Assembly (NCBI RefSeq): GCF_001447785.1
Contig: NW_015162068.1
Coordinates: forward strand, 1 to 63,993
Direction of reading: 5' to 3'
DNA from: Gekko japonicus
Lineage: Eukaryota
DNA length: 63,993 nt
Shown: positions 63,702 to 63,993 of the stretch, one piece after another
Layout of the letters: every line of letters begins with the position of its first letter
Numbering within the stretch: the stretch's first letter is position 1
The notes under the pieces: generated by a model
Seen by the model: the letters and a program-made list of their open reading frames with translations, nothing else
What the model was told of the DNA's origin: nothing
The model's database searches: none
Made by a program: the position numbers and the translations under genes

Positions 63702-63993
63702 CCATCCACATTAGTGGTTTCTTTAAGTCTGCAGCATTAAGTATTTGCGGCAAAAGGTCATTGAAATGTTGCAGCTTCAGAATACTTACTATTTTTTCTA
63801 ATTCTCTTCAATAGTTTTCTCTTTTCTTATAAACAAATGTCTATGCACACTTACAGAGCTAGCAGGATTATCCAAGCGTGCAGTTTCAACCTGGTGATGA
63901 AAATTTAGGCAATGAGGACAGAACTGAAAAACGTCATCCAAAATAAGATGCTCAGTATGTTTCTTCTAACAGCTTACCCAAGGGCACATGTTC

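Noticed and set aside
53400-63993. FABP-cluster genes expected downstream of IMPA1
   Set aside because: No FABP-like exon (GxW motif) recognised within the window.

Overview
Vertebrate genomic DNA, almost certainly from a squamate reptile and probably a gecko, judging by Sauria-type, Squam3-like and 5S-derived SINEs, BovB/RTE, CR1, Rex-like and Penelope-type repeats. Three complete intron-containing genes were rebuilt by hand from splice sites and homology: CHMP4C (minus strand, 5 coding exons, 221 aa), ZFAND1 (plus strand, 8 exons, 268 aa, one GC-AG intron) and IMPA1 (plus strand, a non-coding first exon plus 8 coding exons, 278 aa). The order matches the CHMP4C-ZFAND1-(SLC10A5)-IMPA1 block as I recall it from human chr8, but no SLC10A5 ORF is visible. 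Introns and intergenic DNA are dense in transposons, many with exact TIRs and target-site duplications (TSDs). I found no convincing new multi-gene system. The best leads are an intact-looking Penelope-type minimal hammerhead ribozyme, a 1.7-kb composite hAT element that seems to have captured older repeat fragments, MITEs carrying promoter-like motif cassettes (ETS-CRE/Sp1 palindrome; octamer plus CACCC arrays), a CHMP4C lacking the Aurora-B-phosphorylated insertion, and a perfect CLEAR element at the CHMP4C promoter. Repeat family names and comparisons to human proteins come from recall, not database searches.
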